Source: Cyanidioschyzon merolae (lineage: Eukaryota). From it: 64,000 nt of DNA. Shown here piece after piece: positions 1 through 11,205 of this stretch. Position 1 is the stretch's first letter, and every line of letters starts with the position of its first letter. The translations under genes and the position numbers were made by a program. The notes beneath the pieces are model-generated. The model did not search any database and was not told where the DNA came from. It saw only the letters and a list, made by a program, of their open reading frames with translations. The stretch lies in NCBI GenBank assembly GCA_000091205.1, contig AP006487.2, one strand, 5' to 3'.

Positions 1-1437
1 GGTTGCGGCATTCTTCAGGGGCAAACGAACCATGCCCAGTGTGGTACCAGGTACAACACTGGTGGTCAGCTCACGCGTCGGTTTTGAGCCGTGGCCAGGA
101 TGCCCCCGTATGATGCGATTCAGTAGCGTGCTTTTCCCGACATTGGCGGCACCCATGATGTAAATGTGATCGGTGCGGGATTCTCGAGCAGCGGCCACGA
201 GTCCCTGGACGAAACCCCGGATGCCGAGCCCTCTCTCTGCACTGATGAGGTAGACAGCACGCGGCCGCCGTCGCATCCCCGAAGCTGCACAACGTTTCCA
301 AATCCATTGCATGATGTGGCCGAGTTTCACCGACGAGGGAAGCAGGTCTGCCTTATTGATAACAACCAGTACAGGGCTTTGGGCATTGGCCAGCTGAGAA
401 ACCTCCTTCAGCATCGAACTGGACAGATCCAGAATGTCGAGCATGCAAACCACCACTGCGCGCTGTTTTGCCAACGGGGCGAGGATCTCCCGGAATTGCT
501 CCGGGGACATGAGCGTCAGCCCTTTGGCACTGATTTTCGAATAGTGCGTCAGGTGGAAGCACCGTTGACAGACCTTCGACGTCAGCGGTTTCTCGGCGTT
601 TTGCCCTTTCGGCCTCAGGGCCCGTGCGGGTAAGTAACCGGGGGCGTCCGGATCATCATCCTGGAGATGTGCACCGCATCCCGGGCAGGGCAACTGAAGC
701 AGGGCTTGCGTTCCCGGAGTGCCAGCAGCATCGGGACCCTCAGCGGATGACGAATCATCGAGGTGCTCAAGATCTAGCTCCCAGATGCTTGCATCGCGCC
801 CAACGTCGGTGTCGGTCTGCGTCGTGTCGCCGTCCTGCGAAGCGCTGGCGCTCCTGTTCTTGACGTATCTTTCCCAAAACGTATCCGCATCGCCGTATTC
901 AGAGACGTCGAAAGCTCCGGATGCCGCCAAGCGGTCTAGTTCGGCGACCACTTCATCAGGATCGTACAACTGGTACGTTTTCGGCGGGCCCGGCTCCTGG
1001 GGCGGCCTCTCCTCTCGGCAAAACGCGTTTCGAATACTCTCCTCGAGGGGGTCTTCACGATCAAACTCCGCCTCAAGCGCTGCGCGGAACTCGTCTGACA
1101 TGCGACGCTGGAACTCTTCGGAGAAGAATTGCTGCTCGGATTCTTCCGGTGGCTGCGCGTCTTTTCCGGGCTTTGCAGAATTCGGAGGTTCGCTCGCGCA
1201 GCAGCGAAGCTGCCGGTACTGGAGATTGTTCACCGGTACTAGTACAGGATAACCGGGTCGCTGTCGAAACCCGACATTGGTCTTCCTGCGTTCAACGCGG
1301 AGTAGATGAGTGCTTTTTCGAAGCTCGAGTGCAGCGACACGCGACGCGCTTCGTTGGCAGAACTGAGTGCTCGCGTGCAACGCACCAAGCAGGCATCCAA
1401 AAGCACACCGACTGTCAACGTAGTGGCTGGCCCGCAT
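1..1437 (-). CDS. NOA1/YqeH-family circularly permuted GTPase, 3'-partial (C-terminus continues beyond window start). An R/S-rich presequence and an acidic extension precede a CPGC...CQRC zinc-finger, then G4 (VVINKADLLP) ahead of G1 (IMGAANVGKSTLLNRI) and VPGTTLG
   Basis: Manual minus-strand translation gives one continuous frame from ATG at 1437-1435 to position 1 with no stop: ...LQLPCPGCGAHLQDDDPDAPGYLP...KVCQRCFHLTHY...AVVVCMLDILD...PVLVVINKADLLPSS...AVYLISAERGLGIRGFV...HIYIMGAANVGKSTLLNRII...TTSVVPGTTLGMVRLPL. The G4-before-G1 order and N-terminal Zn-ribbon are diagnostic of YqeH/NOA1. It is absent from the ORF track because no stop lies within the window. Confidence 0.8.
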   Translation of the reverse strand, partial: MRASHYVDSRCAFGCLLGALHASTQFCQRSASRVAALELRKSTHLLRVERRKTNVGFRQRPGYPVLVPVNNLQYRQLRCCASEPPNSAKPGKDAQPPEESEQQFFSEEFQRRMSDEFRAALEAEFDREDPLEESIRNAFCREERPPQEPGPPKTYQLYDPDEVVAELDRLAASGAFDVSEYGDADTFWERYVKNRSASASQDGDTTQTDTDVGRDASIWELDLEHLDDSSSAEGPDAAGTPGTQALLQLPCPGCGAHLQDDDPDAPGYLPARALRPKGQNAEKPLTSKVCQRCFHLTHYSKISAKGLTLMSPEQFREILAPLAKQRAVVVCMLDILDLSSSMLKEVSQLANAQSPVLVVINKADLLPSSVKLGHIMQWIWKRCAASGMRRRPRAVYLISAERGLGIRGFVQGLVAAARESRTDHIYIMGAANVGKSTLLNRIIRGHPGHGSKPTRELTTSVVPGTTLGMVRLPLKNAAT

Positions 1438-3988
1438 GCTCAGGTCCTCCGGAGGCAGCGCACGCCTTGGGAGCGCTCGTAAAGTTCCGCGCACGAGCTG
1501 CAGCGAGCTCGCGCCTATGGATCTGTTCTGCTTGAGAGCAATGTGATGGATGATTTCGATGCTTGCCGTCACCAGTCGTGCTGCTGGCGTCCTGTGTACA
1601 AGAGGTGCGCGTAGGCGGCGTCCCAAAAGTGCTATTTTTATGGTCCGGTTCCCCCGAGTTCTCTTGGTGCGCCACGTCGATCAGGGCAAGCCTCAAGGGT
1701 TTCGTACACCGAATTTGGAAATCTCTATAATAATGCGGTGCACGTGAGCCCGCGTTCACCACAAACCTGTGCCCTGTGTCGTCAAAAGTTTCGCAGCCGG
1801 GCAGCTGGTCGTACTCGGTCTCTGTTCTGTTGCGTCCGTGTAAAGAGAACAAGTGGAACGCGTTCACCACGGTAGCCGTACACCGTGGCGAAAACCTATG
1901 GTGTCAAGTCGATCCAGACTCTCCTTAATCGCGCCGTCACTGCTCCACAGTGAGGAATCAGCCGTTCGCACGAACTTGATGTAGTTTCGGAGACCGCAAC
2001 AATGTTGTGTTCGAAGTGGACGCCTCGTCTGGCTGCCAACGAACAAGGTTCTATTTTGTCCGTATATGATCCGAATTTCTGGAAGTGCGTCGCACAGCGG
2101 TGCTGCAGACCAGCCTGCAGCAAAAGCGTTAGCGAAGCAGCGCCCTGGACCCTGTCCACTTGTGCACCTGATTCATGGATGGTGTACGAACGCAGGACCT
2201 CTCGATGAACAGACAGCAGCTGTGATGTGGATCGCATTCTGCGACATGACTGAACGTATCGGTAGCTCTAAACACGGTCAGCATCGTGGTCGTTTCCCTG
2301 TGTACAACTAAAAGTTACGCATCTGGGAGAATCCGTGTAAATTTATCGATTGCACAGTATTAGAATCTGAAAGAGCGTTCATGATATGATACGTTGGATA
2401 GCGTCTCTCCACAACAAATACACATAACCTTCTTGATGGGTGTGCGGAACTTTGCCTATTCGATGCTCATGTCCCTGTGAAGTAAAGCTCGTCTACGCTA
2501 CGCGTCCTGATTGACGACGCCTCTTCCAGGATCAAGGCCGGCACTGCATCGAACGCGCTTTTGCCATCGTGTGTTGCACAGCGTTTGTGCAGTTCACTGG
2601 CGTTTTGTTCTCTGCCCAAATGCCAATCGTGGGCTATACGAAGCAGCAACCGCGAGGAGCGGGAGCCTTCAGTTGGTTGCACCAGATATCTGGACGCCGG
2701 GAATGAACTCGTTGGAACTCGCCAGGCGCCATCATCGGGGCTCGCTGTGCTGCAACGTGCATGTTTAGCACGCCTCTGCGCTCGCCGCGGATCATCGATA
2801 CATCGTTTGGCGCTCCCCGAGTCGACGCCTGCAGGGTCACCGCAAAGCTGCCTCCCTGGACAGAGGAATTCGTTAAACGCGACGTTTTCCATGACCAATC
2901 GACTTGCGAAAAGCAAATCCAGGCTGGAGATCAAGTCGAGAGATTTCGATCGGTCTACACTCGCTTCACGACAAGAGGGTGACGCATGTGGCACTAGAAG
3001 TGATCGCTGCCACGACTGCATTCTCCCTTCTATACCGTTCTGCATGCAAACACAACTGACGTGAACCTCTTGGAATGTGTCTCGTGGCATGTCACATGTT
3101 CGCGTCAAACGCTTTTTGTGCATGGAGACACAGCTATGGGTCTATAGATTCGGAACGGAATCGCTTATCTGACGTGACTGGTTTAGTGAGCCAATCGGCA
3201 TGAGCTTCTGAAAAGGACGCCTATGGGCGACAACACGCTACATCCATCGCCAAAACAGTGACGCACATTGCTACGTCTACAAGTTGGCTTGAAGCCGAAT
3301 CATCGAAAAATTGAAGCTTGCATCATTTCATCACGCTACACGTACGGAGACGAGAAAACGGGAAGCTTGCACGTCCGCATCGCACCATGCTATCGGTTAT
3401 TTCACGAAGCCGAGGTCGATGGCTTTGCGGATCATCTTGATTCCGACGCAATACCGCATTCCAGTGGCATATACTCGAATACATCTCGCCAGGAAGACGA
3501 CCGAGAACCCGTAAACCCACCGACAGATCCATTCCTCTCGATGGAGACACCTCGAATATCGCACCTCGATATCCAGAAAACCCGTTCGGGAGAAAACGGT
3601 ACACAGGAACATAGCCAGCAGTTCAGTGCTCTCTTCTGTTCTCTGGTACCGTCGATCGCCGCTGGTGCCGTGGCGCTGCGACAGGCCCCGATCGCGCTAC
3701 TCAGCGCTAATGCAGCACCATTATCAACATACTTTCTGTTGCAACTTGTGTTGGCTATTCTAGCCAAAGACGGGGTGGACGGCTGTTTCAGGCAAAGTAC
3801 TAGGAACCTGCAAATCTGTTACAGTTTTCGAGACTAGTTTTGAATAGAATACTTGGGCAATAGCGCGTGGCTTTTCGTTGCGCGATCCTGGGAGCTGTTT
3901 GTCAAGCGAACACGAGCGGGGTGGCCCCATAGCGACGACTCTAGACACAGCGTGTGGTACGAGCAGTGTTGGCCAGGAGCGATAAATC

Positions 3989-6424
3989 ATGCCTCGCAAG
4001 CGTTCGCGTCTCGATAAGGCTTCTTCTGATATGGGTGCTGGCAAACCCAAGGTCTACACTGGCGCAGAGCGCGTGCCGGCGAAACGAGGTGCGGTAAGCG
4101 TTGCGCCGACTCGCCGGAATCAGGCCGGAGAGGCGCACCCCCGAGACGCACAAGGCACGAAGCGGAGCAAGCGTCTCATAACGTCAACACGAGCTTCTAA
4201 CCTTGAGGACGACATTGAGGATGACTTTGTGTGCTCCGTTTGTGGTTCTGGGCACGACGAGGACCTCCTTTTGCTTTGCGATGGCTGTAACGGGGCTCGA
4301 CACACGTACTGCTGCTCGCCCCCGTTACTCCAGGTCCCTGAGGGAGACTTTATCTGTCCGGATTGTAATTCGGATCAGCAGTGGAACGCGGCGCCCAGCG
4401 CACTGGCGCCTTGTGAGCGCTCAGACAAGCATGCACGAATGCGTTCAAACGCGTCAGAGACTAGGGCACCGGCAATCGCTGCAGCTGCTGCTGGACAAGG
4501 CTTTTCATATAACAAACAATTCACTGGCGACAGCGATGCTGGAGAGCGTGTTCCCCAGAGGCCCGCGGTTTCCTCCATGATGATCTCTGGAGACTCAAGG
4601 CGTTCGCCTAGTCCGCATATGAGACTGGCCAGTGCGGAGCTTTCGCAAGCTGAGCCTATGCCTGGAGCGCATTTGCGCGAAGCGGATGCCGCTGTGGAGG
4701 CCATTTCTCTGGGTACCGCCAGTGACAGCAGGCTGACACTTGCAGAGATCGGTGCACCGCCGGCGTCCTTCCCGTCTCCGCACAGGCGCGCACCTGCGGA
4801 TACGCTCCGCGAATGCGTCGAGAAGAGCTCTGATAGCGAGTCGGCAGCATCGCAACTCGTCGCAATACAAAGCGCACCCACAGAATCTGAAGGCAAGCTG
4901 CGTCACGATTCATTTGCGAGCGCCCAAGTCGTACGGCAGACGACCGTTGTGTCGGCGGAGGGTGCGAGCCCGTCGACAGGGGGCTGCGAGGGATTCCCTG
5001 GTCATGCGTTGCCCGCGCAGAGCGAATCCACGGGTCTGACCCAGACCCCAGTGCACGCTGATCTGCATTCCACTGCATCCTCGAATGCGTCTGAACTGGA
5101 GACCGGCGCAATCGAAGCCGAACACATCGCTCCGTGCGGTAGCGCTTTGGGAGCAACTGCACGAGCAGGGGGCCAGGTGCCTGCCGCGACTGGCCCTGCT
5201 GCCGAACTCGTCTTGCAAGCGCCATCAACGCTGTCGAAACGGCCATCTATGCAGATGCCGTTGGCGCATCCAGGGAGCATGGTGGCAGTCGGCGATGCCC
5301 CGGAGCACCAGACATATGAGCGACATGCGGTAGACCTCGACTCTGTGGCAACCGAAACGCTTTTGAAAGACACGGGAGCTTTGGTATGCGTGGAAAACTC
5401 GTCCATATCATCGAATAGCGCTGTCCAGCTTGACAGCTCAGTTGACGCGACGCAAGTTTCCTCCAAGCCGGATTCGGCGGCCATTTCTGTGGAGGGCGTG
5501 CGACTGCGCGATTCCCTTGGGCGAGAGTCGGACGGCGCTGCCGCGTCACTGGGCCAAGCATCAGACGCAGCATCTCAACCAGAAACTGCGTCTCGGCTAG
5601 TTCGCAGCGTGCCAAGTAGTGCGGCCGGTCGTCCGGCTCGCCGCATCATGCCCCGGGTTGGTGAAGCCTTTCAGGTCCCCGAAGCCGCAATACCTGCCGA
5701 CTTTCCAGATGGCGAGCAACGCGGATACGCAACCGACAGCGAGCGTATAGCGAGTCTCGAGGCGTTGCGAAAACAGATTCAGCGGCATATTGAAACGTAC
5801 CTGGAGAAACCTGGCTCGGTATACTGGTATGCGGGAAAGATACCCGAGGCGCAGCTGCGTACCTACCTAGAAAAATGCAGCGCATTTATTGAAAAGCGCT
5901 GGGGTCTACCGGCGACCGCTGAACAGGAATTTGTGCTCCACTGCATTCTACACGAGAACAACTATGATGTGGACGCTGCCTATGTCGTGGTCACTGAGAC
6001 CGAGCGTTTGGCTCCACAGGCGGTGGATCCCACTTGCTGGACCAGTGAGGATCGTTCTTTATTTGCGCGAGGGATTTTCGAGTACGGCAAGCAGTTTTCC
6101 CTCATCCAGCGTTATTTGCTCCCGCATCGTCGCGTACAGGATCTAGTGCGCTATTATTTCCGAAAATACAAGCAACTGGTGGAGCAGCAAATGAATAGTG
6201 CTCAGATGGAGTTTGGCTATCTCTATGACACTGGCGAGGAGCCGGTACCACATGCTCGGCCCTTTCCCAGCTGCGTCTTTGTTAACATGTTGCGAATGCA
6301 GGCGCGGACGGCAGGCGATGGATTTCCCTTTCCCGGATGGTTTCGCCAGCACCTGGTGGCGGTTCGCGAAATACGTCGCCTGCGCACCGTGGAGGCCCTA
6401 GGCCGCAGCTTTACTGCCCGCTGA
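3989..6424 (+). CDS. Chromatin-associated protein with N-terminal basic region, C4HC3 PHD finger, long A/S-rich low-complexity linker and C-terminal ELM2-like plus SANT/Myb-like domain
   Basis: 811-aa ORF. PHD signature: CSVCGSGHDEDLLLLCDGCNGARHTYCCSPPLLQVPEGDFICPDC. ELM2-like: RVGEAFQVPEAAIP. SANT-like: WTSEDRSLFARGIFEYGKQFSLIQRYLLPHRRVQDLVRYYF. Confidence 0.65.
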   Translation: MPRKRSRLDKASSDMGAGKPKVYTGAERVPAKRGAVSVAPTRRNQAGEAHPRDAQGTKRSKRLITSTRASNLEDDIEDDFVCSVCGSGHDEDLLLLCDGCNGARHTYCCSPPLLQVPEGDFICPDCNSDQQWNAAPSALAPCERSDKHARMRSNASETRAPAIAAAAAGQGFSYNKQFTGDSDAGERVPQRPAVSSMMISGDSRRSPSPHMRLASAELSQAEPMPGAHLREADAAVEAISLGTASDSRLTLAEIGAPPASFPSPHRRAPADTLRECVEKSSDSESAASQLVAIQSAPTESEGKLRHDSFASAQVVRQTTVVSAEGASPSTGGCEGFPGHALPAQSESTGLTQTPVHADLHSTASSNASELETGAIEAEHIAPCGSALGATARAGGQVPAATGPAAELVLQAPSTLSKRPSMQMPLAHPGSMVAVGDAPEHQTYERHAVDLDSVATETLLKDTGALVCVENSSISSNSAVQLDSSVDATQVSSKPDSAAISVEGVRLRDSLGRESDGAAASLGQASDAASQPETASRLVRSVPSSAAGRPARRIMPRVGEAFQVPEAAIPADFPDGEQRGYATDSERIASLEALRKQIQRHIETYLEKPGSVYWYAGKIPEAQLRTYLEKCSAFIEKRWGLPATAEQEFVLHCILHENNYDVDAAYVVVTETERLAPQAVDPTCWTSEDRSLFARGIFEYGKQFSLIQRYLLPHRRVQDLVRYYFRKYKQLVEQQMNSAQMEFGYLYDTGEEPVPHARPFPSCVFVNMLRMQARTAGDGFPFPGWFRQHLVAVREIRRLRTVEALGRSFTAR

Positions 6425-7143
6425 AGCACGCGATTCATCAACGCTTGCCGGATGAAAGCCAACGATGGCCTCCTGCTCCGTCATGCACACCATTCGTGCT
6501 GTTTGCTGTGGCAGTCGAGGGTTCTCTGTATCCCTGTACACAAGAAACGTGGCGCACGGTATGCCATGGTAGTGGATGCCCGTCCAGCAGCCGATCCCCG
6601 AGGGTGGTTCGCAGCGGCTGTGCACCCGTCCTGATCGAAGGGCGCTGCGATGCGCATGGACTCTGGGAGATTCATCCCAAAATAAACATATTTGAATCAT
6701 GCGTGTCTCGCCTCGCTACATGCACGGCGAGGCGCGCGCGCATGCCGCTTCGGCGTGCATCGACGATGCAGGATGCCTACGTCGCATTCGAAGCTTCCAG
6801 ATGCATGAGCGTTCCCGGGGACCAAGGCAAAGATTCTGTTGCTTTCGTAGACATTTCTGCATTCGCTGAACTTTATCGCAGTGTTCCTGAATGGAATGGA
6901 GGCCTGCTCGATTCGACCAGTATATGAATGCGAAGCGTCACGCGATGTCGTGCTGGTCGATGAGGATGTATAGCGCACCGCCGCCTTGCGGCAGGCGCAT
7001 TCGCCCCTGCTCAGTTTGGAGCTGATTCAGGGCAACGCTGCTATGGGCGACACGTACGCAGGATCTGAGCATTTGGTGCTTTGATTTACTTCGAGAATAA
7101 GGGCACATTCGAGTTGGAGAAAGAGGCTGGTTCGCGCTGTCGC

Positions 7144-7153
7144 ACCACCACCA

Positions 7154-7185
<32 letters not shown>

Positions 7186-7203
7186 ATCGCCAGCAGCAGC
7201 AGC
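7144..7203. repeat. (CCA)n/(CCG)n/(CAG)n compound microsatellite in intergenic region
   Basis: accaccaccaccaccaccgccaccgccaccgccaccgccaccatcgccagcagcagcagc. Confidence 0.9.
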
Positions 7204-7991
7204 GTGCATTCTGTGCTCAGGAAGCGTGCGTTGACGCACAAGCCACGGCACAGCGCGGGAACATCGAATAAAGCTCCGAGAAGCTCTTCATCCAGGGGAT
7301 GGGCAGCAGGCCCATGCGATACCGCACCTGTGCGCGCTTCAACGTGTTTGGCCTGCGGCAGCGCTGGTTCACCGAAGCGACCCTGGCGCGTATACTGTCA
7401 ACCGAGGATGTTGCTGGTGCGGCGGCTGGCGCCTTCTGCACCCACTGGTACCAATGCTGCGCGGATTCCGCCGCCTGCAGAAGCGCTTCGCCTCATATCG
7501 AGGTCTTTGATGTAGGTAGCGAATCCTGGAATGGTGGCACACTCTGCAGCGCTCGCGTCCCAGCGGGATTTTGGATATCACATCAGCTCTCGTCGATACC
7601 GTGCACCGGGTACTTGGACTTACCCAATGCCAGCGGATACCTGACGAGATCGTGAAGGCACCAGCGCTTCCTAATACGGGCATAAATACCGTCCCAGAGA
7701 AGGGCGCTATGTAGACGCGTCATCCTTCTGAATGATCAGGAACCCGTTCCAGCGTTCGGTAGTCGGGTACCAGTCCTGAGCATGACGGTGCGCCTGCAGT
7801 CACGTGGCGACATGTTGGCCAGCATCACCGGCAGCGATACGTCGCGTAAAACGCACCACTTGTCCATATCGCCACACTTGAGCCACTGTAATCGAGAGAG
7901 GGTGCGTCGGCTGTCGTTCCTGGCGGCTCGTCTCTCGAGCTGGGCCTGGACTCGAGACCTGTTTCCGATGCTCGTTGATAGTCGTGCGACC

Positions 7992-8819
7992 ATGGAGCCG
8001 AGTACGCGAGCACAGCCCTGTGTGTCGTCTTTGGAGTCGCTGTCAGCGCTGCGGGTTTTGCTCGTGGGCGCCGGCGGCATCGGTTGCGAGCTCGCCCACG
8101 GTCTCGTCCAGCTCGGGGTGGGCTGTCTTCATCTCGTTGATCTGGACCGGGTGGATGCCTCGAACCTGAACCGGCAGTTTTTGTTCCGGCGTTCGGACAT
8201 TGGTCGGCTCAAAAGCGAGGCGGTGGTGGCGAACCTCGGCCGGACGCTGCCCGGCCAGGGACTCGAGTTGGTCGCTCACGCAGGTGATGTTCGGGACACA
8301 ACAAAGTTTTCATGGAACTTTTTTCGCTCTTTTGATGTTGTGCTGAATGCGCTGGACAACCTGGAGGCTCGCCAACACGTGAACAAGATGTGCATAGCCA
8401 CCCGGAGGCTCCTGATCGACACTGGCAGTGCTGGTTACCTGGGTCAGGTCGTGCCCATCCTGCCGGGGGTCAGTGAGTGCTACCAGTGCACACCCAAGTC
8501 GGGAACGCGTCAGTTTGCGGTTTGCACGATCCGCTCCAATCCCGAAAAACCAGCGCATTGTGTTGCCTGGGCAAAACATCTCTTCAACCATCTTTTTGCA
8601 CCAGAGTCAGCGGCTGAGTCCATGCTCAGCGACTTGGACTGTCGATGGGACGGTCAGGAGACACCTGCGGCGTATACTGTTCGGTTATTGAGGTTCTTAT
8701 TCGTGGAAGAGGTGACACGACAAGCCGCGATACGGCAGGAGGCGGGTGAACAACGACGACCTCGACCATTGGAGGGCGCGCTGCTCGACGACCTCGAGAC
8801 GCTGACTCAACAGCAACAG

Positions 8820-8850
<31 letters not shown>

Positions 8851-10037
8851 GCCTAGAGGCACTAGATGAGCGATTTGCGCAGCAGACCAGTGCCTGGGAT
8901 GTCTCTACGTGTTTAGCGGTTCTCAATGAGGTGGTTCCGCGACTATGTAGCTGCTCGAAACCTCGCACCTTTGATAAGGATGATGCTGAGGCGTTGGCGT
9001 TCGTCACAGCCATGAGCAACTTACGCGCACACTGCTATCGGGTAGAGCCGCTGCAGAGCCCTTTCGAAGTCAAAGGTATTGCCGGTGGAATCGTACACGC
9101 GATCGCTGCCACGAATGCTATGGTGGCTGGGCTAGCACTCACGGAGCTCTGCAAATGGCACCAACTGGTGCAGCGGACAGATAACGCCACTGACTTGAAA
9201 CGCGCGCGAAGTGTACTCCGCTGCGTCTTTGTGCTGCGAACACCAACCCCATCCCGAAGTCGCTCTGAATCCGTGCTGCTGCTGCCAGAAGCGCTCGCAG
9301 CGCCCAACAAAGATTGTTCCATATGCTCCCGCGGCAAATTAGCCATCGCGTTGACCAGCGCCCTAACGCAGGTTACGCTCGGGCAATTCATACGCGAGTG
9401 CTTGCACGGTCAGCTTGGTATCGGTACAGAAGCCGCGCTTCTGATTGGCCTCTGTACACGAGACGCGCGCGGTGAACCCTGCGTTGCGCTTTTGTATGAG
9501 GACCCGGACCCTGCGGATGCGATCACCGCACTGGCGAACGGCGACTCGCCTAAAGATATCGGCAACAACAACGACGATGACGATGATGATGAAGACGAGC
9601 GATGCTTATGGCGTGCAAACTGCGAGAGATCTCTGGCGTCGCTTGGAGTCGAAGCATCGGCGGAGCTGCAGATCGATGCCGTCCAAAGAAAAGAAGAACA
9701 TGGGACGCAGTTTCAGCGACTGCGTTTCGATGTGTATCTGGTGCCCGGCACTGAGAACACTGCTGCGACAGAAACAAACTGGCGCATCCTCGAAGGCAGC
9801 AGCATCGGTGAGTGGGAAACCCTTCCTCTGCCGTCGTCAAATGATCCGGATAATGAGCGCGATGAGAATAAGAGCAGCAGACCGGACTCGGAAGTTGACC
9901 TCATCGAAATCGACGCAACTGACTCGGAAACAATGGCTCCCGCTGAGGATGCTGCCGAAGCCTCCATTCCGCGAAAGCGGTATCGAGCGTCGACCGAATC
10001 CCCCGACGCGGATACCGTGCTGCTCATTGACCCGTGA
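7992..10037 (+). CDS. UBA2: SUMO-activating enzyme subunit 2 (UBA2/SAE2), ThiF/E1 fold with in-frame poly-Q and D-rich acidic tract; alternative upstream in-frame ATGs at 7782/7812/7967
   Basis: LLVGAGGIGCELAHGLVQLGVGCLHLVDLDRVDASNLNRQFLFRRSDIGRLKSEAV...NALDNLEARQHVNKMCIATRRLLIDTGSAGYLGQVVPILPGVSECYQCTPKSGTRQFAVCTIRSNPEKPAHCVAWAKHLF aligns closely to UBA2, not to UBA3 or UBA1. The start was chosen at MEPST... just before the GAGGIG motif, as in orthologs. Confidence 0.85.
8808..8851 (+). repeat. (CAG/CAA)n microsatellite encoding Q14 inside UBA2
   Basis: caacagcaacagcagcagcaacagcaacagcaacagcagcagc read directly from the sequence. Confidence 0.9.
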
Positions 10038-10815
10038 CCAGATGAAAAATCGTCTTTTTGCGCTGCAAACGAGGCCTGTGAACTGATCGCTTTATCGTTG
10101 ACTTGCAACTTGGCGAAACCGGCGATTTGTGCAAGCGTGTTGCTTCTAGATCTGATGGTGAAGGACGAGAAATACGTTAGTGAGCCCAAGCATCGAACGA
10201 GCGGAGGAGTCTCTGATCGACTCGCACCTGAGCACGCGCTCCCTTCACCCATGGACGCTTTGAACATAGATCCATTGGTAATAGAAAAACAGGAGCAAAC
10301 GGATATGATTTTCGGATGGAATTGCGTCTGAGCGTTTGCTCCTTGCACCTGCACGCGCGTCCAGTATGGATCCAGTGGCAATAGGGAATCGAGAGCAAAC
10401 CGACATCGTTCTAGAGCAGATGAATGCTGCCGACGTTCCGCCGTGATCTCGGTGCGTTGTCGACGCCTCTGGGGCATAGCGCGAGCCTCGGAGTGCTGAC
10501 GCTTGCCCCGCGTTGATCACGACGAGGTCACTTGCCATGGTGCACATTCTGGTTCGCAGCTGACCTGCAGATTCGTTTAGCGGATCGTACGTACTATGCA
10601 TAGGTCGAGCAGGTAGCGTTGGCGGCTTCATACGCGACTGTTTTCCGAGCACCTGACCTGCTGCATCTGGACGAGGCGCGTTGCATTCGCGAGCGTCTCT
10701 CGGTACCGTGGAATGGTCCTCAGAGCGCGTTTCGCTGTATGTTCGCAGTGGAGGAAGCTCGTGCTGAACGCGCTCCCTACGCTGCACAGGACGACTAGCG
10801 GCGTTTTCGGAGTCA

Positions 10816-11205
10816 GTGCAGCTGCCGTGGCGCTTGGTTTCCCTGTTGTTTGCGCTGGTGTTGCTATTGTCTCTCCTGCAAAGATTCGGAAAGCCGCTGC
10901 CATCGCTAGGAGTCCTGGACGCTCAAACTGGTGCGGTATACGTCCAAGACGAAGGTGCAGGTCGCGTGTACGCCTCAGCATCAGACCTGCAGTCATATTC
11001 GGTGTACACGCGCGTCGGGTTGCCTTCGGATAACGCTAGGGAGCGAGGTTCTCAGCGGGCGTTGGGGCCGGGCCCCTGCTCGACAGCGGCGCATACCAAA
11101 GTCGTGAACACTCGTGAGGTGTCGGATCTCCCGCAGGGCGCGAGTCGCAGAACCCGGACCGTTCGTTCTGACAAGATTCCGCCGACGCTACCTCATATAA
11201 ACTAG
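10816..11205 (+). CDS. Hypothetical small protein with predicted N-terminal signal peptide (candidate secreted protein)
   Basis: 129-aa ORF begins MQLPWRLVSLLFALVLLLSLLQRFGKP, a hydrophobic h-region. No recognisable domain. It lies in a 1.3-kb spacer between convergent genes. Confidence 0.25.
   Translation: MQLPWRLVSLLFALVLLLSLLQRFGKPLPSLGVLDAQTGAVYVQDEGAGRVYASASDLQSYSVYTRVGLPSDNARERGSQRALGPGPCSTAAHTKVVNTREVSDLPQGASRRTRTVRSDKIPPTLPHIN

Noticed and set aside
620-720. Apparent frameshift or intron between the acidic N-terminal extension and the zinc-finger/GTPase region of the NOA1-like gene
   Set aside because: It arose from a 10-nt indexing slip during manual reverse-complementing. After re-reading 701-710, the extension and the GTPase domain are in one continuous frame (...AEGPDAAGTPGTQALLQLPCPGCG...).
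166-1535. Plus-strand ORFs 166..633, 719..1252 and 921..1535 listed in the ORF track
   Set aside because: They are antisense to a clearly homologous GTPase gene on the minus strand. They are S/R/A-rich low complexity, as expected for spurious frames in GC-rich coding DNA.
1415-1870. Minus-strand ORF 1415..1870 (151 aa)
   Set aside because: It is in a different frame and overlaps the GTPase start codon region. Its C-terminal half is low complexity and no homology was recognised. It is more likely 5'-UTR or promoter of the GTPase gene.
6337-7683. ORFs 6337..6927+, 6697..6978-, 7081..7515+, 7299..7655+ and 7369..7683- in the PHD-gene / UBA2 spacer
   Set aside because: They are mutually overlapping, contain the (CCA/CCG)n microsatellite or homopolymeric G/T translations, and show no homology. 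They are likely non-coding spacer.
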